Assembly (NCBI RefSeq): GCF_054482525.1
Contig: NZ_CM137006.1
Direction: 5' to 3' (one strand)
DNA length: 64,000 nucleotides
In this document: in pieces, positions 32,024 to 44,497 of the stretch
Position numbering within the stretch: position 1 is the first letter of the stretch
Layout: each line of letters begins with the position of its first letter
Notes under the pieces: model-generated
Told to the model about the DNA's origin: nothing
Database searches by the model: none
Seen by the model: only the letters and a program-made list of their open reading frames with translations
Program-made: the position numbers and the translations under genes

Positions 32024-32110
32024 AATTTCATCGGGTCCGAATTTTCGGACCTTTTCTGCGCTTTTCCTTGCTGTCATCTACACTTAGAAAAAACCAGTAA
32101 GGAAACATTT

Positions 32111-32644
32111 ATGCGCCTGCTCCCTCTCGTTGCCGCAGCGACAGCTGCATTTCTGGTCGTTGCCTGCAGTTCTCCTACGCCGCCCCGTGGCGTTACCGTA
32201 GTGAATAATTTCGATGCTAAACGCTATCTCGGTACCTGGTATGAGATTGCCCGTTTTGATCACCGCTTTGAACGTGGACTGGAAAAAGTCACCGCAACAT
32301 ACAGCCTGCGGGATGACGGCGGCCTGAATGTCATTAATAAAGGCTATAACCCTGACAGAGAAATGTGGCAACAGAGTGAAGGGAAAGCGTACTTTACCGG
32401 CGCACCAACTCGCGCTGCGCTGAAAGTGTCATTCTTTGGTCCTTTCTATGGCGGTTATAACGTTATTGCACTCGATCGGGAATACCGCCATGCGCTGGTT
32501 TGCGGCCCGGACCGCGACTACCTGTGGATACTCTCCCGCACGCCAACCATTTCTGACGAAGTGAAACAGGAGATGCTGGCAGTCGCGACCCGGGAAGGGT
32601 TTGATGTCAGTAAGTTTATTTGGGTACAACAGCCCGGTAGTTAG
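32111..32644 (+). CDS. blc: Outer-membrane lipocalin Blc
   Basis: 177-aa ORF; lipoprotein signal with lipobox LVVAC and lipocalin motif GTWYEIAR. Confidence 0.93.
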   Translation: MRLLPLVAAATAAFLVVACSSPTPPRGVTVVNNFDAKRYLGTWYEIARFDHRFERGLEKVTATYSLRDDGGLNVINKGYNPDREMWQQSEGKAYFTGAPTRAALKVSFFGPFYGGYNVIALDREYRHALVCGPDRDYLWILSRTPTISDEVKQEMLAVATREGFDVSKFIWVQQPGS

Positions 32645-32958
32645 TGAGTGCTGAGTTTCAGACCAATAATCCCCAATACGATTAACGCCAGACTCGCCAG
32701 GCGCATCGGGTTAGCGGACTCGCCGAGCAGCACAATGCCGGTGATGGCCGCGCCGACTGCGCCAATACCCGTCCACACGGCATAAGCCGTCCCTACTGGT
32801 AACGATTTCATCGCCCAGGCAAGTAGCGCCATACTGACAATCATCGCCGTCACAGTAATAACACTTGGCGTCAAACGACTAAAGCCGTGGGTATATTTCA
32901 GGCCAACGGCCCATACCACTTCCAGCAGACCAGCAATAACTAAGATAATCCAGGACAT
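32641..32958 (-). CDS. sugE: SMR-family guanidinium exporter SugE (Gdx)
   Basis: ORF 32641..33021; conserved start [22 protein letters not shown] (105 aa); four-TM SMR protein. Confidence 0.92.
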   Translation of the reverse strand: MSWIILVIAGLLEVVWAVGLKYTHGFSRLTPSVITVTAMIVSMALLAWAMKSLPVGTAYAVWTGIGAVGAAITGIVLLGESANPMRLASLALIVLGIIGLKLSTH

Positions 32959-32976
32959 ATCAGGCTCCGGAGAATT

Positions 32977-33019
32977 GGGGCCGTCCCCGGTGAAAAGAGG
33001 CGTTTGCAGGTCGTCCTGC
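32977..33019 (-). promoter_or_regulatory. Guanidine-II (mini-ykkC) riboswitch in the sugE leader
   Basis: On the minus strand: GCAGG-ACGA-CCTGC, a 17-nt linker, then GGGG-ACGG-CCCC; two short hairpins with ACGR tetraloops directly upstream of a GGAG Shine-Dalgarno and the sugE ATG. Confidence 0.8.
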
Positions 33020-33132
33020 AAAGCTGATGGTTGAACGGATATTTTGCCAGGTGGCAGGGGAATTTCAACTATTACCTTTGTGACTATCGCAAAAAAACAA
33101 ACGGCACGACATAACTGTCGTACCGTTATTGC

Positions 33133-33279
33133 TTACTGCTGCGCTTTCGTTGCTGCGCCAGAAATCGCGTTACCGCCATCAGAAATGTCTTCACCAACGC
33201 CACGCGTGGTGTTGCAGGCAGTTAATACTGTTGAAAGCACCAGAACAGAAAAGATCGCTGCAATTGTCTTCTTCACCAT
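33133..33279 (-). CDS. ecnB: Entericidin B lipoprotein (bacteriolytic toxin)
   Basis: 48-aa [51 protein letters not shown] translated by hand from the minus strand (not in the ORF track, below 60 aa); lipobox LTAC. Confidence 0.88.
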
Positions 33280-33389
33280 AACGTCTTCCTTTTAGGTAAT
33301 GTTATTTATGTTTGCCTATAGCAAATTAATAATAGACAACATCACCAAAAATGATGGAAATCTGATGATTTTTCGGAAGAGAAGAAAAA

Positions 33390-33515
33390 TTAGCTGGCAG
33401 CGCGGGAGATGGAATTACCGAGATGTTTAATGTCTTCACCAAAACCGCGAGCGGTATTACAGCCCGTGAGCAGCGCACTGGCAAGCAAAACAAGAACGAT
33501 AAGGCGTTTCATCAT
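33390..33515 (-). CDS. ecnA: Entericidin A lipoprotein (antidote to EcnB)
   Basis: 41-aa ORF MMKRLIVLVLLASALLTGCNTARGFGEDIKHLGNSISRAAS translated by hand from the minus strand; lipobox LTGC. Confidence 0.88.
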   Translation of the reverse strand: MMKRLIVLVLLASALLTGCNTARGFGEDIKHLGNSISRAAS

Positions 33516-33566
33516 CTCTGGCCTGAATAAGTGATGGTGCAGCCTGCAGGCCGCACCACAACCGCA

Positions 33567-34133
33567 TTACTTCACGCGAGAGACGTATTCACCAGAGCGG
33601 GTATCCACTTTGATGACTTCGCCGATCTGCACGAACAGCGGAACTTTAACCACAGCGCCAGTAGACAGGGTAGCTGGTTTGCCGCCAGTACCTGCGGTAT
33701 CACCTTTCAGGCCCGGATCGGTATCAACGATTTCCAGTTCAACGAAGTTCGGCGGAGTAACGGAGATCGGCTGACCATTCCACAGAGTTACGATACACTC
33801 TGCCTGATCCAGCAGCCATTTCGCGTTGTCGCCAATTGCTTTTGCATCAGCAGACAGCTGCTCGAAAGTTTCGTTGTTCATGAAGTGCCAGAACTCACCG
33901 TCGTTGTACAGGTAAGTCAGGTTCATATCGACAACATCAGCGCCTTCAGCGGAATCAGTAGATTTGAAGGTTTTTTCTACGCGAGTACCGGTCAGCAGAC
34001 GACGCAGTTTAACGCGAGCAAATGCCTGGCCTTTACCCGGTTTTACGAATTCACTCGCTTCAACCGCGTAAGGTTCGCCGTCTAACATGATTTTAAGACC
34101 AGCACGAAAATCGTTGCTATAGTACGTTGCCAT
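33567..34133 (-). CDS. efp: Elongation factor P
   Basis: 188-aa [54 protein letters not shown]. Confidence 0.96.
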
Positions 34134-34174
34134 AAGGCCCTCTGAAATTTGTTAATTGGTAGCTAAGCCACAAA

Positions 34175-35203
34175 ATGGCGCATATTGTAACCCTAAATAC
34201 CCCATCCAGAGAAGATTGGTTAACGCAACTTGCCGATGTTGTGACCGATCCTGATGAACTTCTGCGTCTTTTGAATATAGACGCGGACGAAAAACTGTTG
34301 GCCGGACGCAGCGCCAAAAAGCTTTTTGCCCTGCGTGTGCCCCGCTCATTTATCGATCGCATGGAGAAAGGCAATCCGAACGATCCGCTTTTGCGTCAGG
34401 TAATTACCTCGCAAGATGAGTTTGTCGTCGCGCCCGGATTCTCCACCGACCCGCTGGAAGAACAGCACAGCGTAGTGCCAGGTTTGTTGCATAAATACCA
34501 CAACCGGGCGCTTTTGCTGGTCAAAGGCGGCTGCGCGGTAAATTGCCGCTATTGCTTCCGTCGCCACTTCCCCTATGCCGAAAATCAGGGCAACAAGCGT
34601 AACTGGCAGACTGCACTTGAGTATGTTGCTGCGCATCCGGAACTGGACGAGATGATTTTCTCCGGCGGCGATCCGCTGATGGCGAAAGATCACGAGCTGG
34701 ACTGGTTGCTCACACAACTGGAAGCCATCCCGCATATCAAACGTCTGCGGATTCACAGCCGTCTGCCGATTGTGATCCCGGCACGCATCACAGATGCGCT
34801 GGTTGAACGCTTTTCACATTCTACGCTGCAAATCTTGCTGGTGAATCACATCAACCATGCCAATGAGGTAGATGAAACATTCCGTCAGGCGATGGCTAAG
34901 TTGCGCCGGGTAGGCGTTACTTTGCTGAACCAGAGCGTTCTGTTACGTGGTGTGAACGATAACGCGCAAACGCTGGCAAACCTGAGTAATGCGTTGTTCG
35001 ATGCCGGCGTGATGCCGTATTACCTGCATGTGCTCGATAAAGTACAGGGCGCGGCGCATTTTATGGTGAGTGATGACGAAGCACGGCAGATTATGCGTGA
35101 GTTGCTGACACTGGTGTCGGGATATCTGGTGCCTAAACTGGCGCGAGAAATTGGCGGCGAACCCAGCAAAACGCCGCTGGATCTCCAGCTACGCCAGCAG
35201 TAA
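34175..35203 (+). CDS. epmB: EF-P beta-lysylation protein EpmB (lysine 2,3-aminomutase-like radical SAM)
   Basis: 342-aa ORF with radical-SAM motif CAVNCRYCFRR; divergent from efp. Confidence 0.93.
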   Translation: MAHIVTLNTPSREDWLTQLADVVTDPDELLRLLNIDADEKLLAGRSAKKLFALRVPRSFIDRMEKGNPNDPLLRQVITSQDEFVVAPGFSTDPLEEQHSVVPGLLHKYHNRALLLVKGGCAVNCRYCFRRHFPYAENQGNKRNWQTALEYVAAHPELDEMIFSGGDPLMAKDHELDWLLTQLEAIPHIKRLRIHSRLPIVIPARITDALVERFSHSTLQILLVNHINHANEVDETFRQAMAKLRRVGVTLLNQSVLLRGVNDNAQTLANLSNALFDAGVMPYYLHVLDKVQGAAHFMVSDDEARQIMRELLTLVSGYLVPKLAREIGGEPSKTPLDLQLRQQ

Positions 35204-35437
35204 CTGATTAAACAGGGAAGTTTAATCTTTGCACGTTGCATAACCTTTAATTATTCATATACATTGCTGTTATTACTTTTTATATAACCAACACCAATAA
35301 TTAACCTTTCTTTTCTGTTTATATAGAGTGAGCACGGCTATTTATGTTATTTTAACAACTATTACTACCAAGCCCATTTATCTGGCTTATAAATTAAAAT
35401 TAATTATTTAATTGAGAAATGGTTAGGGAGAACCTAC

Positions 35438-36307
35438 ATGGCCATAAGCATCAAGGGTGTTAATACCGGTGTTATTCGCAAGAGTAATAATTTCATTGCA
35501 CTGGCGCTGAAAATTAAAGAGCCTCGCAATAAAGAATCGTTGTTCTTTCTGTCTGTCATGGAACTGCGCGACCTTCTGATTGCGCTGGAAAGCCGTTTGC
35601 ATCAAAAGCATAAACTGGATGCTGCTGCACGCCTTCAGTATGAGCAAGCTCGCGATAAAGTCATTAAGAAAATGGCAGAAAACATCCCAGAAATTCTGGT
35701 TGATGAGCTTAAAAATGCCGATATTAATCGTCGGGTTAACACGCTGGAACTTACCGATAATCAGGGCGAAAATCTTACCTTCATATTAACACTACATGAC
35801 GGTAGCAAATGTGAGTTAGTCATCAATGAATTACAGATTGAAATGCTGGCGCGAGCAATCATTCATGCAATTAATAATGCGGAAATGCGTGAACTGGCAT
35901 TACGTATTACTTCACTGTTAGATTTCCTGCCGTTATACGACGTTGACTGCCAGGACAATGGCAATCTGGAATATGACACCTATTCCCAACCGGAATGGAA
36001 ACATAATTTGTTCAACCATTATCTGGCGGTGCTTTACCGCTTTAAAGATGAAAGTGGCAAAGAACAATTTAGCGGCGCAGTGGTGAAAACGCGTGAAGCA
36101 ACGCCGGGTAAAGAAGTGGAGGCGATCACTCGCCGAATGCTTGATTTCAGCCCACGACTGAAAAAACTCGCGGGTGTACCATGTCAAGTCTATGTTCGCA
36201 CCGTAGCGGCAAATAACGCCCAACCGTTAACCCAGGATCAATGCTTACGCGCGCTACATCACTTACGTGTTCAATCCACCAGCAAAACTGCACCACAGGC
36301 GAAATAA
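35438..36307 (+). CDS. yjeJ: Uncharacterised protein YjeJ
   Basis: 289-aa ORF after an AT-rich intergenic region, at the position of yjeJ in K-12. Confidence 0.75.
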   Translation: MAISIKGVNTGVIRKSNNFIALALKIKEPRNKESLFFLSVMELRDLLIALESRLHQKHKLDAAARLQYEQARDKVIKKMAENIPEILVDELKNADINRRVNTLELTDNQGENLTFILTLHDGSKCELVINELQIEMLARAIIHAINNAEMRELALRITSLLDFLPLYDVDCQDNGNLEYDTYSQPEWKHNLFNHYLAVLYRFKDESGKEQFSGAVVKTREATPGKEVEAITRRMLDFSPRLKKLAGVPCQVYVRTVAANNAQPLTQDQCLRALHHLRVQSTSKTAPQAK

Positions 36308-36356
36308 TCCCATCTGTTTTACTACGAGGCTGGAAGTATCCAGCCTCTGGATCCCA

Positions 36357-36710
36357 TCAGTTCGGGCACTTATATACCTGGCCGATAATCTGGCTATCCG
36401 TCGGGACAAAACTGGACAACATTCCCTGCGACGGGCTGCTGATGCCATAAATCACGTTACCGCCCATTGCAGCCGCCTGGTTGCGCAGATCGTTTGCTGC
36501 GCCGCGCATAGAACCGCCCTCTTCACCGTGTTGCCCGGAAAGCCAGTTGCTTTGCTTACCTGTCGCAGTACCAATCAGCTGGCACTCTGCGCCTGGCTGC
36601 TCGTCCACAATGCGTACACTCTGACCGGCAGCACTCAATTCGTTGCTGGAGCTACAACCCGCCATCAGTAGCGCGGCACCGACAATCCCTGCTAAGTATT
36701 TTACGTGCAT
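36357..36710 (-). CDS. yjeI: Lipoprotein YjeI (DUF4156)
   Basis: ORF 36357..36743; start MHVKYLAGIVGAALLMAGCSSS with lipobox LMAGC (117 aa). Confidence 0.8.
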   Translation of the reverse strand: MHVKYLAGIVGAALLMAGCSSSNELSAAGQSVRIVDEQPGAECQLIGTATGKQSNWLSGQHGEEGGSMRGAANDLRNQAAAMGGNVIYGISSPSQGMLSSFVPTDSQIIGQVYKCPN

Positions 36711-36844
36711 GTTATTCCCCATAATCAATGAGCTGGACGCCACTCGCGTCTGTGTGTGAATCTTATACTAAAAAGATGACTAAAAGAAAAACCCCCAGAC
36801 ATTTCTGCCCGGGGGTTTGTTTATTTCTGCGAGGTGCAGGGCAA

Positions 36845-38503
<1,659 letters not shown>

Positions 38504-38534
38504 TTAAATTCGTATGTTCAGTGTCGTGCGAGGA

Positions 38535-38879
<345 letters not shown>

Positions 38880-38904
38880 TTACGTGGTTTCCCGGCTGGT
38901 GACC

Positions 38905-38940
38905 AGAGAAATGGGGATGAGGCTTCGCCCCTTCAAGGGG
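38905..38940 (-). promoter_or_regulatory. sigma-32 heat-shock promoter of groSL
   Basis: Minus strand reads CCCCCTTGAAGGGGCGAAGCCTCATCCCCATTTCTCT, matching the sigma-32 consensus (-35 CTTGAA, -10 CCCCATnT) about 80 nt upstream of groS. Confidence 0.75.
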
Positions 38941-39103
38941 GAAAAAGAAAAAAAATTCTGATCAGCACAAAATCGGGTGAAAACCCTGATTCACCTCACA
39001 TTTCATCGCAATTTCTTCATCGCCGTCATAAGCGAATCTGATTGTGCTACCATCGAAAATCTACGCAGTTGCCCAAAATTTGGGCGCAATCGGATATCAA
39101 CCC

Positions 39104-40360
39104 ATGAGTGGACTCAAACAAGAACTGGGGCTGGCCCAGGGCATTGGCCTGCTATCGACGTCATTATTAGGCACCGGCGTGTTTGCCGTTCCTGCGTTAG
39201 CTGCACAGGTAGCAGGCAATACCAGCCTGTGGGCGTGGCCCGTTTTGATTATCTTAGTGTTCCCGATTGCGATTGTGTTTGCGATTCTGGGTCGCCACTA
39301 TCCCAGCGCAGGCGGTGTCGCGCACTTCGTCGGTATGGCGTTTGGTTCGCGGCTTGAGCGAGTCACCGGCTGGCTGTTTTTATCGGTCATTCCCGTGGGT
39401 TTGCCTGCCGCACTACAAATTGCCGCCGGGTTCGGCCAGGCGATGTTTGGCTGGCATAGCTGGCAACTGTTGTTGGCAGAACTCGGTACGCTGGCGCTGG
39501 TGTGGTATATCGGTACTCGCGGTGCCAGTTCCAGTGCTAATCTACAAACCGTTATTGCCGGACTTATCGTCGCGCTGATTGTCGCTATCTGGTGGGCGGG
39601 CGATATCAAACCTGCGAATATCCCCTTCCCGGCACCTGGTAATATCGAACTTACCGGGTTATTTGCTGCATTATCAGTGATGTTCTGGTGCTTTGTCGGT
39701 CTGGAGGCATTTGCCCATCTTGCCTCGGAATTTAAAAATCCAGAGCGTGATTTTCCTCGCGCATTGATGATTGGTCTGCTGCTGGCAGGATTAGTCTACT
39801 GGGGCTGTACGGTAGTCGTCTTACACTTCGACGCCTATGGTGAACAAATGGCGGCGGCAGCATCGCTTCCAAAAATTGTAGTGCAGTTGTTCGGTGTAGG
39901 AGCGTTATGGATTGCCTGCGTAATTGGCTATCTGGCCTGCTTTGCCAGTCTCAACATTTATATACAGAGCTTCGCCCGCCTGGTCTGGTCGCAGGCGCAA
40001 CATAATCCTGACCACTACCTGGCACGCCTCTCTTCTCGCCATATCCCGAATAATGCCCTCAATGCGGTGCTCGGCTGCTGCGTGGTGAGCACGCTGGTGA
40101 TTCATGCTTTAGAGATCAATCTGGACGCTCTTATTATTTATGCCAATGGCATCTTTATTATGATTTATCTGTTATGCATGCTGGCAGGCTGTAAATTATT
40201 GCAAGGACGTTATCGACTACTGGCGGTGACTGGCGGGCTGTTATGCGTTCTGTTACTGACAATGGTCGGCTGGAAAAGTCTCTATGCGCTGATCATGCTG
40301 GCGGGGTTATGGCTGTTTCTGCCAAAACGAAAAACGCCGGAAAATGGCATAACCACATAA
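39104..40360 (+). CDS. yjeH: APC-superfamily amino-acid exporter YjeH
   Basis: ORF 39044..40360; start MSGLKQELGLAQGIGLLSTSLLGTGVF at codon 21 (418 aa); polytopic membrane protein. Confidence 0.88.
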   Translation: MSGLKQELGLAQGIGLLSTSLLGTGVFAVPALAAQVAGNTSLWAWPVLIILVFPIAIVFAILGRHYPSAGGVAHFVGMAFGSRLERVTGWLFLSVIPVGLPAALQIAAGFGQAMFGWHSWQLLLAELGTLALVWYIGTRGASSSANLQTVIAGLIVALIVAIWWAGDIKPANIPFPAPGNIELTGLFAALSVMFWCFVGLEAFAHLASEFKNPERDFPRALMIGLLLAGLVYWGCTVVVLHFDAYGEQMAAAASLPKIVVQLFGVGALWIACVIGYLACFASLNIYIQSFARLVWSQAQHNPDHYLARLSSRHIPNNALNAVLGCCVVSTLVIHALEINLDALIIYANGIFIMIYLLCMLAGCKLLQGRYRLLAVTGGLLCVLLLTMVGWKSLYALIMLAGLWLFLPKRKTPENGITT

Positions 40361-40375
40361 TCCGGCGTTTCGGCA

Positions 40376-40852
40376 TTAATCCTGGCGATCGTCTTTATGA
40401 TCAAGGCGGTCGCGGTCATCATCCTTTCGCTGGTACTCACCATCAAAAGTATTACCGCCACCGGTCCCGGCGCTAAAACCGCCGCCTGGCATGCGAGAAA
40501 AGCGCAAATGCGGCATCAACTTCACTGTCAGATGCTTTTGCACCGGCGGCAATAAAAGCAGAAGACCGAGGAAGTCGGTGAAAAAGCCAGGTAATAAAAG
40601 CAGCAAACCGGCAATGATCAGCGAAACACTTTTAATCATCTCCGCCGCTGGGTTTTCACCCGCCGCCATTTTTTGCTGCATCAGCACGAAATTCTTAAAG
40701 CCCTGGTTACGTACCAGTGACATACCGATAACTGACGTGAATATAACCAGCACGAGGGTCAGCAATACCCCCAATACATGGGCAACCTGAATAAAGATTG
40801 AAATCTCAATATAGACATAAAGGAAAATGGCAATAAAAGGTAACCAGCGCAA
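40376..40852 (-). CDS. fxsA: Inner-membrane protein FxsA
   Basis: 158-aa ORF MRWLPFIAIFLYVYIEISIFIQVAHVLGVLLTLVLVIFTS with an acidic C-terminal tail. Confidence 0.9.
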   Translation of the reverse strand: MRWLPFIAIFLYVYIEISIFIQVAHVLGVLLTLVLVIFTSVIGMSLVRNQGFKNFVLMQQKMAAGENPAAEMIKSVSLIIAGLLLLLPGFFTDFLGLLLLLPPVQKHLTVKLMPHLRFSRMPGGGFSAGTGGGNTFDGEYQRKDDDRDRLDHKDDRQD

Positions 40853-41188
40853 AGGTTTCTCCTGTAATAGCAGCCGGTTAAACCCGGCTACCTGAATGGG
40901 TTGCGAATCGCGTTCAGCTTATATTGTGGTCATTAGCAAAATTTCAAGATGTTTGCGCAACTATTTTTGGTAGTAATCCCAAAGCGGTGATCTATTTCAC
41001 AAATTAATAATTAAGGGGTAAAAACCGACACTTAAAGTGATCCAGATTACGGTAGAAATCCTCAAGCAGCATATGATCTCGGGTATTCGGTCGATGCAGG
41101 GGATAATCGTCGGTCGAAAAACATTCGAAACCACATATATTCTGTGTGTTTAAAGCAAATCATTGGCAGCTTGAAAAAGAAGGTTCAC

Positions 41189-42625
41189 ATGTCAAACAAC
41201 ATTCGTATCGAAGAAGATCTGTTGGGTACCAGGGAAGTTCCAGCTGATGCCTACTATGGTGTTCACACTCTGAGAGCGATTGAAAACTTCTATATCAGCA
41301 ACAACAAAATCAGTGATATTCCTGAATTTGTTCGCGGTATGGTAATGGTTAAAAAAGCCGCAGCTATGGCAAACAAAGAGCTGCAAACCATTCCTAAAAG
41401 TGTAGCGAATGCCATCATTGCCGCATGTGATGAAGTCCTGAACAACGGAAAATGCATGGATCAGTTCCCGGTAGACGTCTACCAGGGCGGCGCAGGTACT
41501 TCCGTAAACATGAACACCAACGAAGTGCTGGCCAATATCGGTCTGGAACTGATGGGTCACCAGAAAGGTGAATATCAGTACCTGAACCCGAACGACCATG
41601 TTAACAAATGTCAGTCCACTAACGACGCCTACCCGACCGGTTTCCGTATCGCAGTTTACTCTTCTCTGATTAAGCTGGTAGATGCGATTAACCAACTGCG
41701 TGAAGGCTTTGAACGTAAAGCTGTCGAATTCCAGGACATCCTGAAAATGGGTCGTACCCAGCTGCAGGACGCAGTACCGATGACCCTCGGTCAGGAATTC
41801 CGCGCTTTCAGCATCCTGCTGAAAGAAGAAGTGAAAAATATCCAACGTACCGCTGAACTGCTGCTGGAAGTTAACCTTGGCGCAACAGCAATCGGTACTG
41901 GTCTGAACACGCCGAAAGAGTACTCTCCGCTGGCAGTGAAAAAACTGGCTGAAGTCACTGGCTTCCCATGCGTACCGGCTGAAGACCTGATCGAAGCGAC
42001 CTCTGACTGCGGCGCTTATGTAATGGTTCACGGCGCGCTGAAACGCCTGGCTGTGAAGATGTCCAAAATCTGTAACGACCTGCGCTTGCTCTCTTCTGGC
42101 CCACGTGCCGGCCTGAACGAGATCAACCTGCCGGAACTGCAGGCGGGCTCTTCCATCATGCCAGCTAAAGTAAACCCGGTTGTTCCGGAAGTGGTTAACC
42201 AGGTATGCTTCAAAGTCATCGGTAACGACACCACTGTTACCATGGCAGCAGAAGCAGGTCAGCTGCAGTTGAACGTTATGGAGCCGGTCATTGGCCAGGC
42301 CATGTTTGAATCCGTTCACATTCTGACCAACGCTTGCTACAACCTGCTGGAAAAATGCATTAACGGCATCACTGCTAACAAAGAAGTGTGCGAAGGTTAC
42401 GTTTACAACTCTATCGGTATCGTTACTTACCTGAACCCGTTCATCGGTCACCACAACGGTGACATCGTGGGTAAAATCTGTGCCGAAACCGGTAAGAGTG
42501 TACGTGAAGTCGTTCTGGAACGCGGTCTGTTGACTGAAGCGGAACTTGACGATATTTTCTCCGTACAGAATCTGATGCACCCGGCTTACAAAGCAAAACG
42601 CTATACTGATGAAAGCGAACAGTAA
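41189..42625 (+). CDS. aspA: Aspartate ammonia-lyase
   Basis: ORF 41144..42625; start [30 protein letters not shown] (478 aa); fumarase/aspartase signature [10 protein letters not shown]. Confidence 0.96.
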
Positions 42626-42644
42626 TCGTACAGGGTAGTACAAA

Positions 42645-42679
42645 TAAAAAAGGCACGTCAGATGACGTGCCTTTTTTCT
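42645..42679 (+). terminator. Rho-independent terminator after aspA
   Basis: Inverted repeat aggcacgtcagatgacgtgcct followed by a T-run, flanked upstream by an A-run. Confidence 0.85.
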
Positions 42680-42742
42680 TGTGAGCAGTAACTTAAAAAT
42701 AACAATCTAATATCAACTTGTTAAAAAACAAGGAAGGCTAAT

Positions 42743-44044
42743 ATGCTAGTTGTAGAACTCATCATAGTTTTGCTGGCGATCTTCTTGGGCGCCAGATTGG
42801 GGGGAATAGGTATTGGTTTTGCAGGCGGATTGGGGGTGCTGGTTCTTGCCGCTATTGGCGTTAAACCCGGTAACATCCCGTTCGATGTCATTTCCATTAT
42901 CATGGCGGTTATCGCCGCTATTTCTGCCATGCAGGTTGCTGGCGGTCTGGACTATCTGGTTCATCAGACAGAAAAGCTGCTGCGCCGTAACCCGAAATAC
43001 ATCACGATCCTCGCACCGATCGTGACCTATTTCCTGACAATCTTTGCTGGTACTGGCAACATCTCTCTGGCGACACTGCCAGTTATCGCTGAAGTTGCGA
43101 AGGAACAAGGCGTTAAACCTTGCCGTCCGCTGTCTACTGCAGTGGTATCCGCGCAGATTGCGATCACCGCATCGCCAATCTCAGCGGCAGTGGTTTACAT
43201 GTCTTCCGTAATGGAAGGTCATGGCATCAGCTACCTCCATCTGCTCTCCGTGGTCATCCCGTCCACCCTGCTGGCGGTTCTGGTGATGTCCTTCCTGGTC
43301 ACTATGCTGTTCAACTCCAAACTCTCTGACGATCCGATTTATCGCAAGCGTCTGGAAGAGGGCCTGGTTGAACTGCGCGGTGAAAAGCAGATTGAAATCA
43401 AATCCGGTGCAAAAACGTCCGTCTGGCTGTTCCTGCTGGGCGTAGTTGGCGTTGTTATCTATGCAATCATCAACAGCCCAAGCATGGGTCTGGTTGAAAA
43501 ACCGCTGATGAACACCACCAACGCAATCCTGATCATCATGCTCAGCGTTGCAACTCTGACCACCGTTATCTGTAAAGTCGATACCGACAACATCCTCAAC
43601 TCCAGCACCTTCAAAGCAGGTATGAGCGCCTGTATTTGTATCCTGGGTGTTGCGTGGCTGGGCGATACTTTCGTTTCCAACAACATCGACTGGATCAAAG
43701 ATACCGCTGGTGAAGTGATTCAGGGTCATCCGTGGCTGCTGGCCGTCATCTTCTTCTTTGCTTCTGCTCTGCTGTACTCTCAGGCTGCAACCGCAAAAGC
43801 ACTGATGCCGATGGCTCTGGCACTGAACGTTTCTCCTCTGACCGCTGTTGCTTCTTTCGCTGCGGTGTCTGGTCTGTTCATTCTGCCGACCTACCCGACG
43901 CTGGTTGCTGCGGTACAGATGGATGACACGGGTACTACCCGTATCGGTAAATTCGTCTTCAACCATCCGTTCTTCATCCCGGGTACTCTGGGTGTTGCCC
44001 TGGCCGTTTGCTTCGGCTTCGTGCTGGGTAGCTTCATGCTGTAA
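42743..44044 (+). CDS. dcuA: Anaerobic C4-dicarboxylate transporter DcuA
   Basis: 433-aa polytopic membrane ORF MLVVELIIVLLAIFLGARLGGIGIGFAGGLGVLVLA immediately downstream of aspA. Confidence 0.95.
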   Translation: MLVVELIIVLLAIFLGARLGGIGIGFAGGLGVLVLAAIGVKPGNIPFDVISIIMAVIAAISAMQVAGGLDYLVHQTEKLLRRNPKYITILAPIVTYFLTIFAGTGNISLATLPVIAEVAKEQGVKPCRPLSTAVVSAQIAITASPISAAVVYMSSVMEGHGISYLHLLSVVIPSTLLAVLVMSFLVTMLFNSKLSDDPIYRKRLEEGLVELRGEKQIEIKSGAKTSVWLFLLGVVGVVIYAIINSPSMGLVEKPLMNTTNAILIIMLSVATLTTVICKVDTDNILNSSTFKAGMSACICILGVAWLGDTFVSNNIDWIKDTAGEVIQGHPWLLAVIFFFASALLYSQAATAKALMPMALALNVSPLTAVASFAAVSGLFILPTYPTLVAAVQMDDTGTTRIGKFVFNHPFFIPGTLGVALAVCFGFVLGSFML

Positions 44045-44158
44045 TGACCAATCGCGGGGCTTCAGGCCCCGCTTTCTTTCCCGCCGACTAACATCCTTCC
44101 CCCGTCCGTTGTATAGTGACCTCTCTCTTGCGGTTCCATCTGTTCTTGCGAGGTGTTT

Positions 44159-44497
44159 ATGCTTGATGAAAAAAGTTCGAATACCGCGTCTGTCGTGGTG
44201 CTATGTACGGCACCGGATGAAGCGACAGCCCAGGATTTAGCCGCCAAAGTGCTGGCGGAAAAACTGGCGGCCTGCGCGACCTTGATCCCCGGCGCTACCT
44301 CTCTCTATTACTGGGAAGGTAAGCTGGAGCAAGAATACGAAGTGCAGATGATTTTAAAAACTACCGTATCTCTCCAGCAGGCACTGCTGGAATGCCTGAA
44401 GTCTCATCATCCATATCAAACCCCGGAACTTCTGGTTTTACCTGTTACACACGGAGACACAGATTACCTCTCATGGCTCAACGCATCTTTACGCTGA
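44159..44497 (+). CDS. cutA: Divalent-cation tolerance protein CutA
   Basis: ORF 44153..44497; start [32 protein letters not shown] (112 aa). Confidence 0.9.
   Translation: MLDEKSSNTASVVVLCTAPDEATAQDLAAKVLAEKLAACATLIPGATSLYYWEGKLEQEYEVQMILKTTVSLQQALLECLKSHHPYQTPELLVLPVTHGDTDYLSWLNASLR

Noticed and set aside
41192-42643. 483-aa minus-strand ORF
   Set aside because: Antisense to aspA across almost its whole length; a known artefact type in highly expressed genes.
43181-43966. 261-aa minus-strand ORF
   Set aside because: Antisense within dcuA; spurious.
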